In this document: positions 1 to 9,252 of the stretch, in pieces | Layout of the letters: every line of letters begins with the position of its first letter | How positions within the stretch are numbered: the first letter of the stretch is position 1 | Assembly: GCA_036231405.1 (NCBI GenBank) | Contig: JAZAHK010000018.1 | Coordinates: forward strand, 1 to 38,625 | From: Nitrospinota bacterium | GTDB lineage: Bacteria > UBA8248 | Direction of reading: 5' to 3' | DNA: 38,625 bases | Notes under the pieces: model-generated | Seen by the model: only the letters and a program-made list of their open reading frames with translations | Databases searched by the model: none | What the model was told of the DNA's origin: nothing | Made by a program: the position numbers and the translations under genes

Positions 1-398
1 TCAAGAGGAGGTTCAGTTTCTCTGATTATTCCTCCTGCATTGATTTGCTTTTCAGCTCCTCCCTGACTAATGCTTAAATACTTTGCACCCAAAATCCCTT
101 TTGTCCTTATGGAGGCTATGGCATCTTCAGAAAGTTTAATAGATTTTTTTAACTGTAATGTTACCAGAGCTTCTTCATCTTTAAGCTCTATTTTTGAAAT
201 TTTACCAATAGGGACTCCGGACATTTCTATGGAGGCTCCATTTCTAAGACCAGAAACGCTCTCGAATTTTGCTTTTACTATGTACGTATCTGAAACAAAA
301 AAATCTAATTCTCCAAGATGTACCGACAAGTATATCAAGGATGCAATTCCAATCATGAAAAACACCCCGACAGACAAATCGATTTTACGTTGTCTCAA
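1..398 (-). CDS. mlaD: MlaD/MCE-domain outer-membrane lipid asymmetry protein (partial, runs off the left edge; not in the ORF track)
   Basis: Manual translation from TTG at 398 (AGGAG RBS at 406-410): MRQRKIDLSVGVFFMIGIASLIYLSVHLG...YIVKAKFESVSGLRNGASIEMSGVPIGKI...ASIRTKGILGAKYLSISQGG. This is an N-terminal TM helix plus MCE motifs, directly downstream of mlaE. Confidence 0.9.
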   Translation of the reverse strand, partial: MRQRKIDLSVGVFFMIGIASLIYLSVHLGELDFFVSDTYIVKAKFESVSGLRNGASIEMSGVPIGKISKIELKDEEALVTLQLKKSIKLSEDAIASIRTKGILGAKYLSISQGGAEKQINAGGIIRETEPPL

Positions 399-417
399 TT
401 TAAATCTCCTTGGCTGA

Positions 418-1209
418 TCAACGGAAAAACATTGAGGTTAAAAAATAATCACTAATTAAAATAATTACGGACGACATTACTACAGCTGAGGTAGTTGCCT
501 TACTCACTCCTTCTGCCCCATGTCCACAGTGATAACCTTTGTATGTACAAATCCATACAACTAAAAGACCAAATGCAAGTGACTTCCAAAACCCTCCCAT
601 TAAATCACTCATTTCAACTTTTGAAGACATTTCTCCAAAGTAAACACCGGAATTTAATCCTAATAATTTCACACCCACTAAGTATCCACCAAAGATTCCA
701 AGTAAGTTAAACATAGCAGTCAGAAATGGGAAGACTAGGATCCCAGATAGAACTCTTGGTAGAATTAGTTGTTTAAGTGGTTCGACGGCCATACTTTTTA
801 AAGCGTCTACTTGTTCTGTAATAATCATTATCCCAATTTCCGCTGCCATAGCAGAACCAGCTCTTCCAGTTACAACTAAGGCTGTAAGTACGGGACCGAG
901 TTCTCTTATAAGACTCAACGCAACTGCAGGACCTAGTAGGCTTTCGGAGCCAAATTTTTGAAGTGTATAAAACCCTTGGAGTGCTAAGACCATACCCGTG
1001 AAAAGACCCGTCAGCATTACAATCAAAACTGAACCAGAACCAATGTCATAAATCTGTTTGACAAATAATCGAGTTTTAAATTTTGACCGAAAAAGAAATG
1101 AAATCACAGAAAACAGAAAAACAACCGAGTTTCCGGTTTTCTCAATAATGAATATAGTACTTTTGCCCATTTTTTCTAGTACATGTATTAATTGCGATAT
1201 CATTCTCAA
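418..1209 (-). CDS. mlaE: MlaE-family ABC transporter permease
   Basis: Motifs LIRELGPVLTALVVTGRAGSAMAAEIG, EQVDAL and GAEGVSKATTSAVV; adjacent to mlaD. Confidence 0.93.
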   Translation of the reverse strand: MRMISQLIHVLEKMGKSTIFIIEKTGNSVVFLFSVISFLFRSKFKTRLFVKQIYDIGSGSVLIVMLTGLFTGMVLALQGFYTLQKFGSESLLGPAVALSLIRELGPVLTALVVTGRAGSAMAAEIGIMIITEQVDALKSMAVEPLKQLILPRVLSGILVFPFLTAMFNLLGIFGGYLVGVKLLGLNSGVYFGEMSSKVEMSDLMGGFWKSLAFGLLVVWICTYKGYHCGHGAEGVSKATTSAVVMSSVIILISDYFLTSMFFR

Positions 1210-1389
1210 TCCTGTTTCGATATTGAACTAGAATACTAAAAAAATAAAATTTCCAATCTTTTAATTTCTCAGAAAATAAAAAAGAGGCTGAAAAAAAACA
1301 TACACTAGTGTATCTTTCTAATACGTTTTAGGGCAACTTTATAAATCTTCCGCGTGAATATTTTGTAAGGAATATGAGGAAGGATCTAT

Positions 1390-2181
1390 ATGCAAGCTGA
1401 TAAAGAAAAAAATCAAATTTTACATTATTTTAAGTTTGGATGTAATGCATTTTTTGACAGTTTCAATCAGACAACTTTGGTAGTTGTTTCTATAACTTTG
1501 CCAATCGCAGTGATTGCATATGCTATTCAACCAGAAATTTCTTCAATTATAAGAGTCAAATCGGATATATCGTATTTTTTAATTTTTAAATGGCTTTTTT
1601 CTCAAGCAATCCTAAGAGTAGTATCAACTTTCGTGTTTATACTCGTTATTCTAAGACTTGAGATACAGAGAAGAGGGGAAGAAGTTTTCTGGGATTTTGC
1701 CTTAGCTTTTACAAGTTTGAAAGGCGTAATTTTAATTGATTTTACTTATTATTTTGGCCTGCAAATCTTTATAGTTCTTGTGCTTGTTTTTATTAATCTT
1801 CTGGTGGCTTCACTGTTAGGAATAAGTGGTTTTACCCTCCTACTTTCCTTTTCTCTAGTTATTTTTGCAGCTATTGTGCCGTTTGTACGTTTTTATTTTT
1901 GCACTTTTTATGCATTGTTGAAACGAAGTACATTCAAGGATTCCTTTAAAAGAGCAAATCTTTTGTCTAAAAATTCTGAGATTAAAATTTTCAAACTTGT
2001 TGCTGTTTATTATGTTTTCACGGTTTTTTTGCTTTTATTTCTTTCTTCTTTTTTCGGTTCTTCTGTCCCCTCACAAATTATTTTACATACATTAGTATCA
2101 GTTCTTTTTGTCCCATACTGTTACGCTGGGTATTCTCTTTTCTTTGACTTAGAGGAAAGGCATAGGATTTCTAAAGATTAA
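1390..2181 (+). CDS. Hypothetical integral membrane protein (about 6 TM)
   Basis: 263-aa ORF with multiple hydrophobic segments; GAGGAAGGA RBS upstream. Confidence 0.7.
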   Translation: MQADKEKNQILHYFKFGCNAFFDSFNQTTLVVVSITLPIAVIAYAIQPEISSIIRVKSDISYFLIFKWLFSQAILRVVSTFVFILVILRLEIQRRGEEVFWDFALAFTSLKGVILIDFTYYFGLQIFIVLVLVFINLLVASLLGISGFTLLLSFSLVIFAAIVPFVRFYFCTFYALLKRSTFKDSFKRANLLSKNSEIKIFKLVAVYYVFTVFLLLFLSSFFGSSVPSQIILHTLVSVLFVPYCYAGYSLFFDLEERHRISKD

Positions 2182-2953
2182 TATCAAAACATAGACCGTC
2201 ATATGCCATTTGAATATTGTCAGGAAGATTTCTATTAGTCTCCTCATACTCAAGTTCGTAATTAGTATGAGTGAAATAGGTCTTTTGAGGTCTAAGAAAA
2301 TCTGAAATCTCAACAGCTTGATCTACAGTTAGATGAGAAGGATGAGGCCTATGTCTGAGTGCGTCGATAATCAAGGTTTTAACTCCTTGCATTTTATCTA
2401 AGGATGATTCAGGAATGTTGCTACAATCTGTCGCATAGACAAAATCACCTATTCTTATCCCCATGACTTTTGTTCCTGCGTGATCTAATTCAATTGGAAT
2501 TATTTTAAATTCTGCAGCTTCAAAAGTTTCATCGCCTATCTGATTCAGGGTTAATCGAGGTTTAAATCCTTTGTGTTGATTATTTGCTGAAAAAATATAT
2601 TGGAAATTTTGGTTAAGTATTTTCAGAGTATTTTCATACGCGTAGCATGGTATAGTCTTTTTCATTATCATATTAAAGACTCTTAAATCGTCTATTCCAA
2701 ACGTATGATCTGCGTGATAGTGTGTGTATATAACTGCATCTACTTTTCTAAGACCATGTTCGAGCGCTTGTTGTCTTAAATCGGGACTTGTATCTACAAG
2801 TAGGCTGGATTCATCTGTTTGTATTATAATGCTTGGGCGTAATCTCTTGTTGCGAGGATTGTTAGAAAGACAAACTGGATCATTACAACCTATAGCCGGT
2901 ACGCCAGTTGATGTTCCACACCCTAGAACTGTAACTTTAGCGGTTTTTCTCAT
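2171..2953 (-). CDS. MBL-fold metallo-hydrolase, PhnP-like phosphodiesterase
   Basis: LGCGTSTGVP, THYHADHTFGIDDLR (HxHxDH), YATD, HPSH, FTH and AYDG motifs. Confidence 0.9.
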   Translation of the reverse strand: MRKTAKVTVLGCGTSTGVPAIGCNDPVCLSNNPRNKRLRPSIIIQTDESSLLVDTSPDLRQQALEHGLRKVDAVIYTHYHADHTFGIDDLRVFNMIMKKTIPCYAYENTLKILNQNFQYIFSANNQHKGFKPRLTLNQIGDETFEAAEFKIIPIELDHAGTKVMGIRIGDFVYATDCSNIPESSLDKMQGVKTLIIDALRHRPHPSHLTVDQAVEISDFLRPQKTYFTHTNYELEYEETNRNLPDNIQMAYDGLCFDINL

Positions 2954-3094
2954 GATATTTTTATAAAGATATTAATTAAAATTTTTATCTCATATTCGGT
3001 AATATTATATATTAAATTTGTTTCTGAAAAGTTTGTGATTTCTTTTGAAAGAATTTCCCTTTTTTGTAGATAATTTTTTCTGGAAAGCTTAAAG

Positions 3095-4213
3095 ATGGTA
3101 GATAGCATATATGGTAATAACAAAAAATTGAACTTGGCAAAGAATTATCAGAATCATCAAGTGCTTTTATCACTCATTTCTTCTTCCATTTCGTTTATTT
3201 ACACTATCTTTTTTGTTCTTTTTTTTCTTTCCCAAAATAAAGTGTTTGAATTGAATCCTTTTCTTTCTGGGATTTGCTATTTTAGTCTATATTTTGTTTC
3301 GAGAACACTTTTAGTTTTCCCATTTCAAATTAAACAAAGTTTTCAGTTGCCTAAAAATATCGGGTTGCTGAGTGAAACATTTTTTGTTTGGTTGTTTAAT
3401 CAATGTAAATTTTTTATATTGATACTTTTTTTGGGTTCCTTCGCAAGTGGTTTTCTTTTGATTTGTATTCAAAATTATCCTGATTTCTGGTGGTTATTTT
3501 TTTTAATCTTAATCTCTTGTTTTTTTGTCTTTATTTTTCTATTTGGCCAAACAATAATTGCCCCACTATTTTTTGATTTTGAAAAATTATCTGACGCGAG
3601 AATACAAAATTTATTAATGAGTTTAAAGAAAAAAATAGGTTTGGGAATTCAAAGTGATATTTGGGTGATGAAGATGAAAGAACATGGAGATTACGCGAAC
3701 GCTTTCGTTTCAGGATTTGGCCTAACTCGTAAAATAGTAATTACTGAAAATATTCTTGAATATGATCCGGAAGAAGTCGAATGTATTGTAGCTCATGAAC
3801 TTGCACACCAATTTTTTTCGCATAACTTACTTTTATGTATATATAAAATAGTAAGTTTTGCAGGGAGCATCTATCTTTTTAAGTTTTTATTGTATTCTGA
3901 GTTGTCTTATTTTCAAACTAATCAATTAGATATTTCTTCACCTAACACAATCGGAATTTTTCTTGTTTTTCTCTGGGTTTTAAATTTTTTAATTTCCCCA
4001 ATTTTACTGAAAATTTCTAGAGAAATGGAATTTGCATGCGACTTGTTCGCTTTCAAGCACGTATCCAGTCAAAAATGTATGATTTCTATTCTGAAAAAAC
4101 TTTGTGTTAGAAATTTCTGTGATCCTGACCCAACGTGGCTGGTTAGGATATTCTTTTGTACACATCCTCCTTTTTCAGAAAGGATTGAACGTTTGACATC
4201 CTTATTGAAGTAG
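3095..4213 (+). CDS. M48 family (Ste24/HtpX-like) membrane zinc metallopeptidase
   Basis: NAFVSGFG, VAHELAH (HExxH), SREMEFACD, THPPFSERI; several TM segments. Confidence 0.88.
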   Translation: MVDSIYGNNKKLNLAKNYQNHQVLLSLISSSISFIYTIFFVLFFLSQNKVFELNPFLSGICYFSLYFVSRTLLVFPFQIKQSFQLPKNIGLLSETFFVWLFNQCKFFILILFLGSFASGFLLICIQNYPDFWWLFFLILISCFFVFIFLFGQTIIAPLFFDFEKLSDARIQNLLMSLKKKIGLGIQSDIWVMKMKEHGDYANAFVSGFGLTRKIVITENILEYDPEEVECIVAHELAHQFFSHNLLLCIYKIVSFAGSIYLFKFLLYSELSYFQTNQLDISSPNTIGIFLVFLWVLNFLISPILLKISREMEFACDLFAFKHVSSQKCMISILKKLCVRNFCDPDPTWLVRIFFCTHPPFSERIERLTSLLK

Positions 4214-4237
4214 TTTTGGAATCTAACTTCAAATGTA

Positions 4238-5104
4238 CTAGTTGTACTTTATTTCATTGTTAATGTGTTTTTCTATGATTGGGAGGATTCGTTTTTTTAT
4301 AATTATTCTTTGAAAAAATAGTTTTTTCGTTTTTTCTCTGATTTTCATAACTTTATATCTTTTTTTATGGAGTTTAAGAGAGGCAATTAATTTGTTTTGC
4401 TGTTTTAACTCATAATCCTTCCCTTTAGCATTTTGAATTATGAAGATGGGAGTTTGCAGTTTTTCTATTTCCTTTAAGGAAGAACGAAAATTTATTTTAT
4501 AATCTCCGTCTGCCAAAAAATTCTTTAGCTTAAATCTTATATTTCTAGGAATTTGCCTTACAACTCTTCTAGGCTGAAAGATACCGTTTTCTACAATAAC
4601 GAGTTGAACCTCGGGGTTTTGGATGGCTGCATTAATGGCAGCATTAGCTCCGAATTCTTTAGCATAAAGAAAAATAGATCTTTCTCTACTCGAATTCATT
4701 TTAGATAAATAAGAAATTGCTCTACTAATTGATTTGACACTTTTCTTTCCTCCAAAATCATCAGGTCCTGTAGAATTTCCGAAACCAGGAAGTGAAATAC
4801 TCATTGCAATAATAGGATATCCTATCAATAATAGTAGTTCTTTTTTGTTTTTTTGATTATTCCCAACTGAAGAATGAATCATCAAAAGGGATGGAAAATA
4901 ACCCTTCTCATAGGGCCAAGTAATACTGGCCTCTATTTTTCCGAATTTTGTATTGATGAACCAATCTTTTATATTTTGATTTTTTGAAATCTGTGTTTGA
5001 AAGCTATCATAGCTACAATTTGTTAGAAATATTATGAAGATGAATATGCAAAATATAGATTTTGTCCTATGTGTACACAAAGAGTAACATCCTTTATTCT
5101 CCAA
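4238..5104 (-). CDS. Alpha/beta-hydrolase-fold lipoprotein (S9-like), catalytic triad apparently degenerate
   Basis: Hydrophobic signal plus LTNC lipobox; SLPGFGNSTG motif; the nucleophile elbow reads AKEFG rather than GxSxG; start codon uncertain. Confidence 0.6.
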   Translation of the reverse strand: MENKGCYSLCTHRTKSIFCIFIFIIFLTNCSYDSFQTQISKNQNIKDWFINTKFGKIEASITWPYEKGYFPSLLMIHSSVGNNQKNKKELLLLIGYPIIAMSISLPGFGNSTGPDDFGGKKSVKSISRAISYLSKMNSSRERSIFLYAKEFGANAAINAAIQNPEVQLVIVENGIFQPRRVVRQIPRNIRFKLKNFLADGDYKINFRSSLKEIEKLQTPIFIIQNAKGKDYELKQQNKLIASLKLHKKRYKVMKIREKTKKLFFQRIIIKKRILPIIEKHINNEIKYN

Positions 5105-5230
5105 GGAAAGATTCTAAAAAATTTGAATTTTATCTGATACTATCAATTACCATGCAAATTATTACAACGATTTAATATTATATAATTTTTCATCTTTGGA
5201 AAAATTGATTTATCTCGAATTGGTTTTTTT

Positions 5231-7279
5231 ATGAACAGACCGATTTTATCAAATAGAAGAAACATCGGTATTATTTCGCATATTGATGCAGGTAAAACCA
5301 CTACAACCGAACGTATGTTGTATTGCGCTGGCGCGGTTCACAGAATAGGACAAGTTGATGAAGGAACGGCCACAACTGACTGGATGGTGCAAGAGAAAGA
5401 GCGTGGAATCTCTATTACTTCTGCTGCAATTTCATGTTTATGGTCTGGTTACGAAATAAATATAATCGATACACCTGGTCACGTAGATTTTACAGTGGAA
5501 GTTGAAAGAAGTCTGCGCGTACTTGACGGTGCTATTGCTATTTTTAGTTGTGTGGAAGGTGTCGAGGCTCAGAGTGAAACAGTGTGGGGACAAGCAGACA
5601 AATTTAAAGTTCCTCGAATCGTATATGTGAATAAAATTGATAGGCTTGGAGCTGATTTCTTGAGGACCTTTGAAATGATAAAGTCGAGTTTTCCGAAAAA
5701 ATTTATTTTAATGCAGTGGCCAGATGGGGAAGGAGAAGAATTTCAAGGTCAAATAGATATTCTAAATGGGAAGATATTCCGGTGGGATGAAGAAGACATT
5801 CAAAATGTCACATTAGATCCGATTCAAGAAAGATTTGAAGATAAAGTAAGCGAACTAAGAAATGAGATAATTGAAGTTGCATCAGACTATGATGAGATTA
5901 TCTTAGAAAATTATCTTGAAGGTAAACACGTTGAAAATGAATCGATAGAAAGAGCAATCAAAAAAGGAGTGATATCAAATGAAGTAGTTCCTGTTTTTGT
6001 TGGATCTTCTCTGAAGAGTTTGGGGATTCAACCTCTTTTGGATGGAATTGTAAAGTTTCTTCCATCACCTGAAGAAATTCCTCCGGTTTTAGGTATCATT
6101 CCAGAAGAAGAACTGTCAGAGGTAGTTCGTATTTGTTCTGTGGATGAACCTTTCTCCGCACTAGTTTTTAAGGTTGCTATGCATGAAGGTCGTCGCCTTA
6201 GTTTTATTCGTGTATATAGTGGCCGTGCAAAAGTTGGTGACTCAGTTTGGAATCCGACCCGAAAAAAAGAGGAGAAATTCTCCCGAATTTTTAGAATGTA
6301 CTCAAATAAACGTGAGAGAGTGGAGGAAATTGGACCTGGTGATATCGTCGCTGTTTTAGGTTTAAAAGATACACTTACGGGAGATACACTCTGTGATTCA
6401 GGTGCTCTGATTTCATTTGAATCTATCACTCCTCCTCAACCTGTAATCTCGATAGCGGTCGAACCCAAAGAAACTATTGATCTTGAAAAACTTCATCAGT
6501 CTCTTAAAAAATTAATGCTTGAAGACCCGACTTTCATCGTTGAATTGGGAAATGAATCTGGTCAGATCATTATGAGCGGTATGGGAGAATTGCATTTAGA
6601 CGTTTTAACGAAGAGATTGACTGATGAATTTGGACTTCAAATACGAGTAGGTGAACCGAGAGTGGTTTTCAGGGAAACTATTTGTGAAGTTGCTGAGGAT
6701 GAATGTTTATATGACAAGATGATTGGAGGAAAAGCACAATATGCGAAAATCCATTTGAGAGTGTCACCTATTCCAGGGGAAGGAATCCAAATCGTTTTCA
6801 AAAATAAAGTTCCCACAATTCCAGAAGATATTATTCTTGCAACTGAAGAATCCATAAAATCTTCATGTTCAGGTGGCATAGTTGCAGGGTATCCATTAAT
6901 TGATCTGAAAATTGAAATTCTTGAAATGGAATATATGCCTGAAAAGAGCAGTGATTTTGCTTTTTCTGCGGCAGGGTCTCTTGCTTTTAATAATGCTTGT
7001 AACAAGGCTAGAGGACAACTTCTTGAGCCAATCATGAAAGTTGAAGTTTCAACTTTGGAAGAACACGTTGGGGGAGTCATTAGTGAATTAAATATAAGAA
7101 ATGGGAATGTTTCAAACGTGAGAGATAAATTGGGTGAAGAAAATTATAAAATCATCGATGTAACCGTTCCCTTAAGGAAAATGTTTGGATTCACAACAGT
7201 TCTTCGTTCCTTAACGCAGGGGCGGGGAACATTCACTATGTCCTTTTTTAACTTCTCTCCTTGCGATATAAGACCATAG
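5231..7279 (+). CDS. fusA: Elongation factor G paralog (stand-alone, EF-G2-like)
   Basis: HIDAGKTTTTE, RGISITSAA, DTPGHVDF, NKID, SGMGELHL, LLEPIM, LRSLTQGRG; not in an rpsL-rpsG-tuf operon. Confidence 0.92.
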   Translation: MNRPILSNRRNIGIISHIDAGKTTTTERMLYCAGAVHRIGQVDEGTATTDWMVQEKERGISITSAAISCLWSGYEINIIDTPGHVDFTVEVERSLRVLDGAIAIFSCVEGVEAQSETVWGQADKFKVPRIVYVNKIDRLGADFLRTFEMIKSSFPKKFILMQWPDGEGEEFQGQIDILNGKIFRWDEEDIQNVTLDPIQERFEDKVSELRNEIIEVASDYDEIILENYLEGKHVENESIERAIKKGVISNEVVPVFVGSSLKSLGIQPLLDGIVKFLPSPEEIPPVLGIIPEEELSEVVRICSVDEPFSALVFKVAMHEGRRLSFIRVYSGRAKVGDSVWNPTRKKEEKFSRIFRMYSNKRERVEEIGPGDIVAVLGLKDTLTGDTLCDSGALISFESITPPQPVISIAVEPKETIDLEKLHQSLKKLMLEDPTFIVELGNESGQIIMSGMGELHLDVLTKRLTDEFGLQIRVGEPRVVFRETICEVAEDECLYDKMIGGKAQYAKIHLRVSPIPGEGIQIVFKNKVPTIPEDIILATEESIKSSCSGGIVAGYPLIDLKIEILEMEYMPEKSSDFAFSAAGSLAFNNACNKARGQLLEPIMKVEVSTLEEHVGGVISELNIRNGNVSNVRDKLGEENYKIIDVTVPLRKMFGFTTVLRSLTQGRGTFTMSFFNFSPCDIRP

Positions 7280-7355
7280 CGTAATATCTTCTCCTTTATT
7301 CCCAATTTATTTTTACGAATTCACCTTGTATTTTTTTTAAGAGAGCAAGAATCCT

Positions 7356-8237
7356 TTGAACGAAAATTTAATGTCGGTCGTTTATGCTTTATCATCGGCT
7401 ATTGGGGCGGCAACTTTTAGTCTAATAGTCAGGAGAGCGCAGAGTCATGGTTCGGCTTTTACAGGTGTCGTAATTGGACTAATTGTAAATATTCCGTGGT
7501 TATGTTTGGCAACTTTCTTGTTATGGGAAGAGAGTTGGTGGAACCCGAAAGCTTTCTTGCTGTTTGCTTTGAGTGGATTAAGTGGTCCTTCTCTTGGTCG
7601 CTTGTTCATGTTCAGGGCGATTCACCAACTTGGAGTTTCAAGAGCTTCTCCAATGTTATCGATGAATCCTCTTTTTTCCGCCTTTTTTGCTTTTATGTTT
7701 TTGGGGGAAAGACCAGGGCCTTACATATGGCTAGGAACCTTGCTTGTTGTCATAGGTGGAGCAAGTCTTTCTTTTAAGACTAAGAAGGACATAGAGTGGA
7801 GGAGGATTTCGCTTTTACTTCCAATTATGTCGGTACTTGGTTTTTCGGTTTCTAATATCTTTAGAAAATTGGGAGTTGATATTGTCCCATCGCCGATTCT
7901 TGGAATAACAATAACGAGCATTTCGGGATTGTTTTTCCTCTGGTTCCTTAGCCTGTTCTCAAGTAAAAAAAATAAACCTGATCTTTCCTGGGGGAAATCT
8001 TGGTGGCTATATGGAATAAGTGGACTGATTAATACACTTGCTTTCCTAAGTCATTATGCAGCACTTGTATATGGAGATCTCACTGTCGTTTCTCCACTTA
8101 CCGCGACCGCTCCTTTTTTCGCCCTATTTATGAGTTGGCTTCTACTTCGAGATGTTGAAAGGGTTACGTTGCCAATTTTAATTGGAACAGTTCTAATTGT
8201 TTCTGGTGGAGTTTTGATTGTAATGAAATTAATTTAA
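7356..8237 (+). CDS. DMT/EamA family transporter
   Basis: About 10 TM segments in two repeats (GVSRASP...FLGE; GDLTVVSPL...LLRDVE). Confidence 0.88.
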   Translation: MNENLMSVVYALSSAIGAATFSLIVRRAQSHGSAFTGVVIGLIVNIPWLCLATFLLWEESWWNPKAFLLFALSGLSGPSLGRLFMFRAIHQLGVSRASPMLSMNPLFSAFFAFMFLGERPGPYIWLGTLLVVIGGASLSFKTKKDIEWRRISLLLPIMSVLGFSVSNIFRKLGVDIVPSPILGITITSISGLFFLWFLSLFSSKKNKPDLSWGKSWWLYGISGLINTLAFLSHYAALVYGDLTVVSPLTATAPFFALFMSWLLLRDVERVTLPILIGTVLIVSGGVLIVMKLI

Positions 8238-9028
8238 TTCTCTAGTAAAAAATCCTCGATATCTTTCATTGATTCGTCAAAACATTGTATCAAAAAGAAA
8301 TGGCTGGCTTCTTCGTAAACCTTTAACTTGCAGTTTGGAATCTTCTCTGCAATTTTCCTAGATGCGTCCGTTGAACAAAGGACGTCTTGTCCACCTGCCA
8401 TTACAAGAGTAGGGCATTGAACTTGTGGGAGTCTGTCTAGAGCATCATGGTTTAGACAAGCGTATGTTGAATTGGTATAGCCGTGAATCGGTCTATCTGT
8501 TATAGCTAGACTCTCTTCAAATTGAAGCATTTGTTCTTTATTTTCATTGAAATAAGAGGGTGGAAAAAAACTTAACGATTGTATTTTTGCAGCAAGAGCA
8601 TATCCTTGGTTTTTTACCACTTCGTTAATATTGTGCAAAATTTGGTACCCATATCGATCTAGTTTTCCAAATGATGCAGTGATTATCATGCTTCGGGTTC
8701 GTTCGGGATAAATTAATGCAATTTCTTGTGCGATTGCGCCGCCCATTGATCTTCCTATAACGTGAACGGGTTCATTTACTCCCAAAGCGTCCATCAAACC
8801 AATTGTATCTTCCGCAAATTTTTGTGTTGTATATGGATAATCTGGGGCAGAACTCCTTCCTGCTCCACGGTTATCAAATGCTATAACCCTATAATTAGGT
8901 TTTAATCTATCTATTTGTGAATTCCATGCATTACAATCTCCCGCAAGACCGTGAATAAGAATTACAGGTGTTCCTTGCCCGTATTCCTCGTAGTAAAGTT
9001 CAACATCATTGACTTGGATTTTTGGCAT
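8234..9028 (-). CDS. Alpha/beta hydrolase (3-oxoadipate enol-lactonase/PcaD-like fold)
   Basis: IHGL, DNRGAGRS, GRSMGG nucleophile, GGQD and ASH triad residues; likely start ATG 9028 (MPKIQ) after a GGGGAGG RBS. Confidence 0.88.
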   Translation of the reverse strand: MPKIQVNDVELYYEEYGQGTPVILIHGLAGDCNAWNSQIDRLKPNYRVIAFDNRGAGRSSAPDYPYTTQKFAEDTIGLMDALGVNEPVHVIGRSMGGAIAQEIALIYPERTRSMIITASFGKLDRYGYQILHNINEVVKNQGYALAAKIQSLSFFPPSYFNENKEQMLQFEESLAITDRPIHGYTNSTYACLNHDALDRLPQVQCPTLVMAGGQDVLCSTDASRKIAEKIPNCKLKVYEEASHFFLIQCFDESMKDIEDFLLEN

Positions 9029-9252
9029 TTCCTCCCCCCATCCTAACAAATTAAACATTTTATTTAATTGAATTGTCTATTAAAGAGTATGTTAGACGAT
9101 TTATGGGATATACGGAAGAAATTTCTTTAAGAGACCGATAAAATAAGGTATGATACAGAGCATACAGAAAATTATTATTGTTTTTTTCTAGGTCTTGTCT
9201 TTTACTAGTCAGGATCTTTTAACCCTGATGAACTTTCATTGGAGGATCTCTT

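Noticed and set aside
70-417. 115-aa + strand ORF from the track
   Set aside because: Antisense shadow of mlaD, which has clear MCE motifs and an RBS on the minus strand
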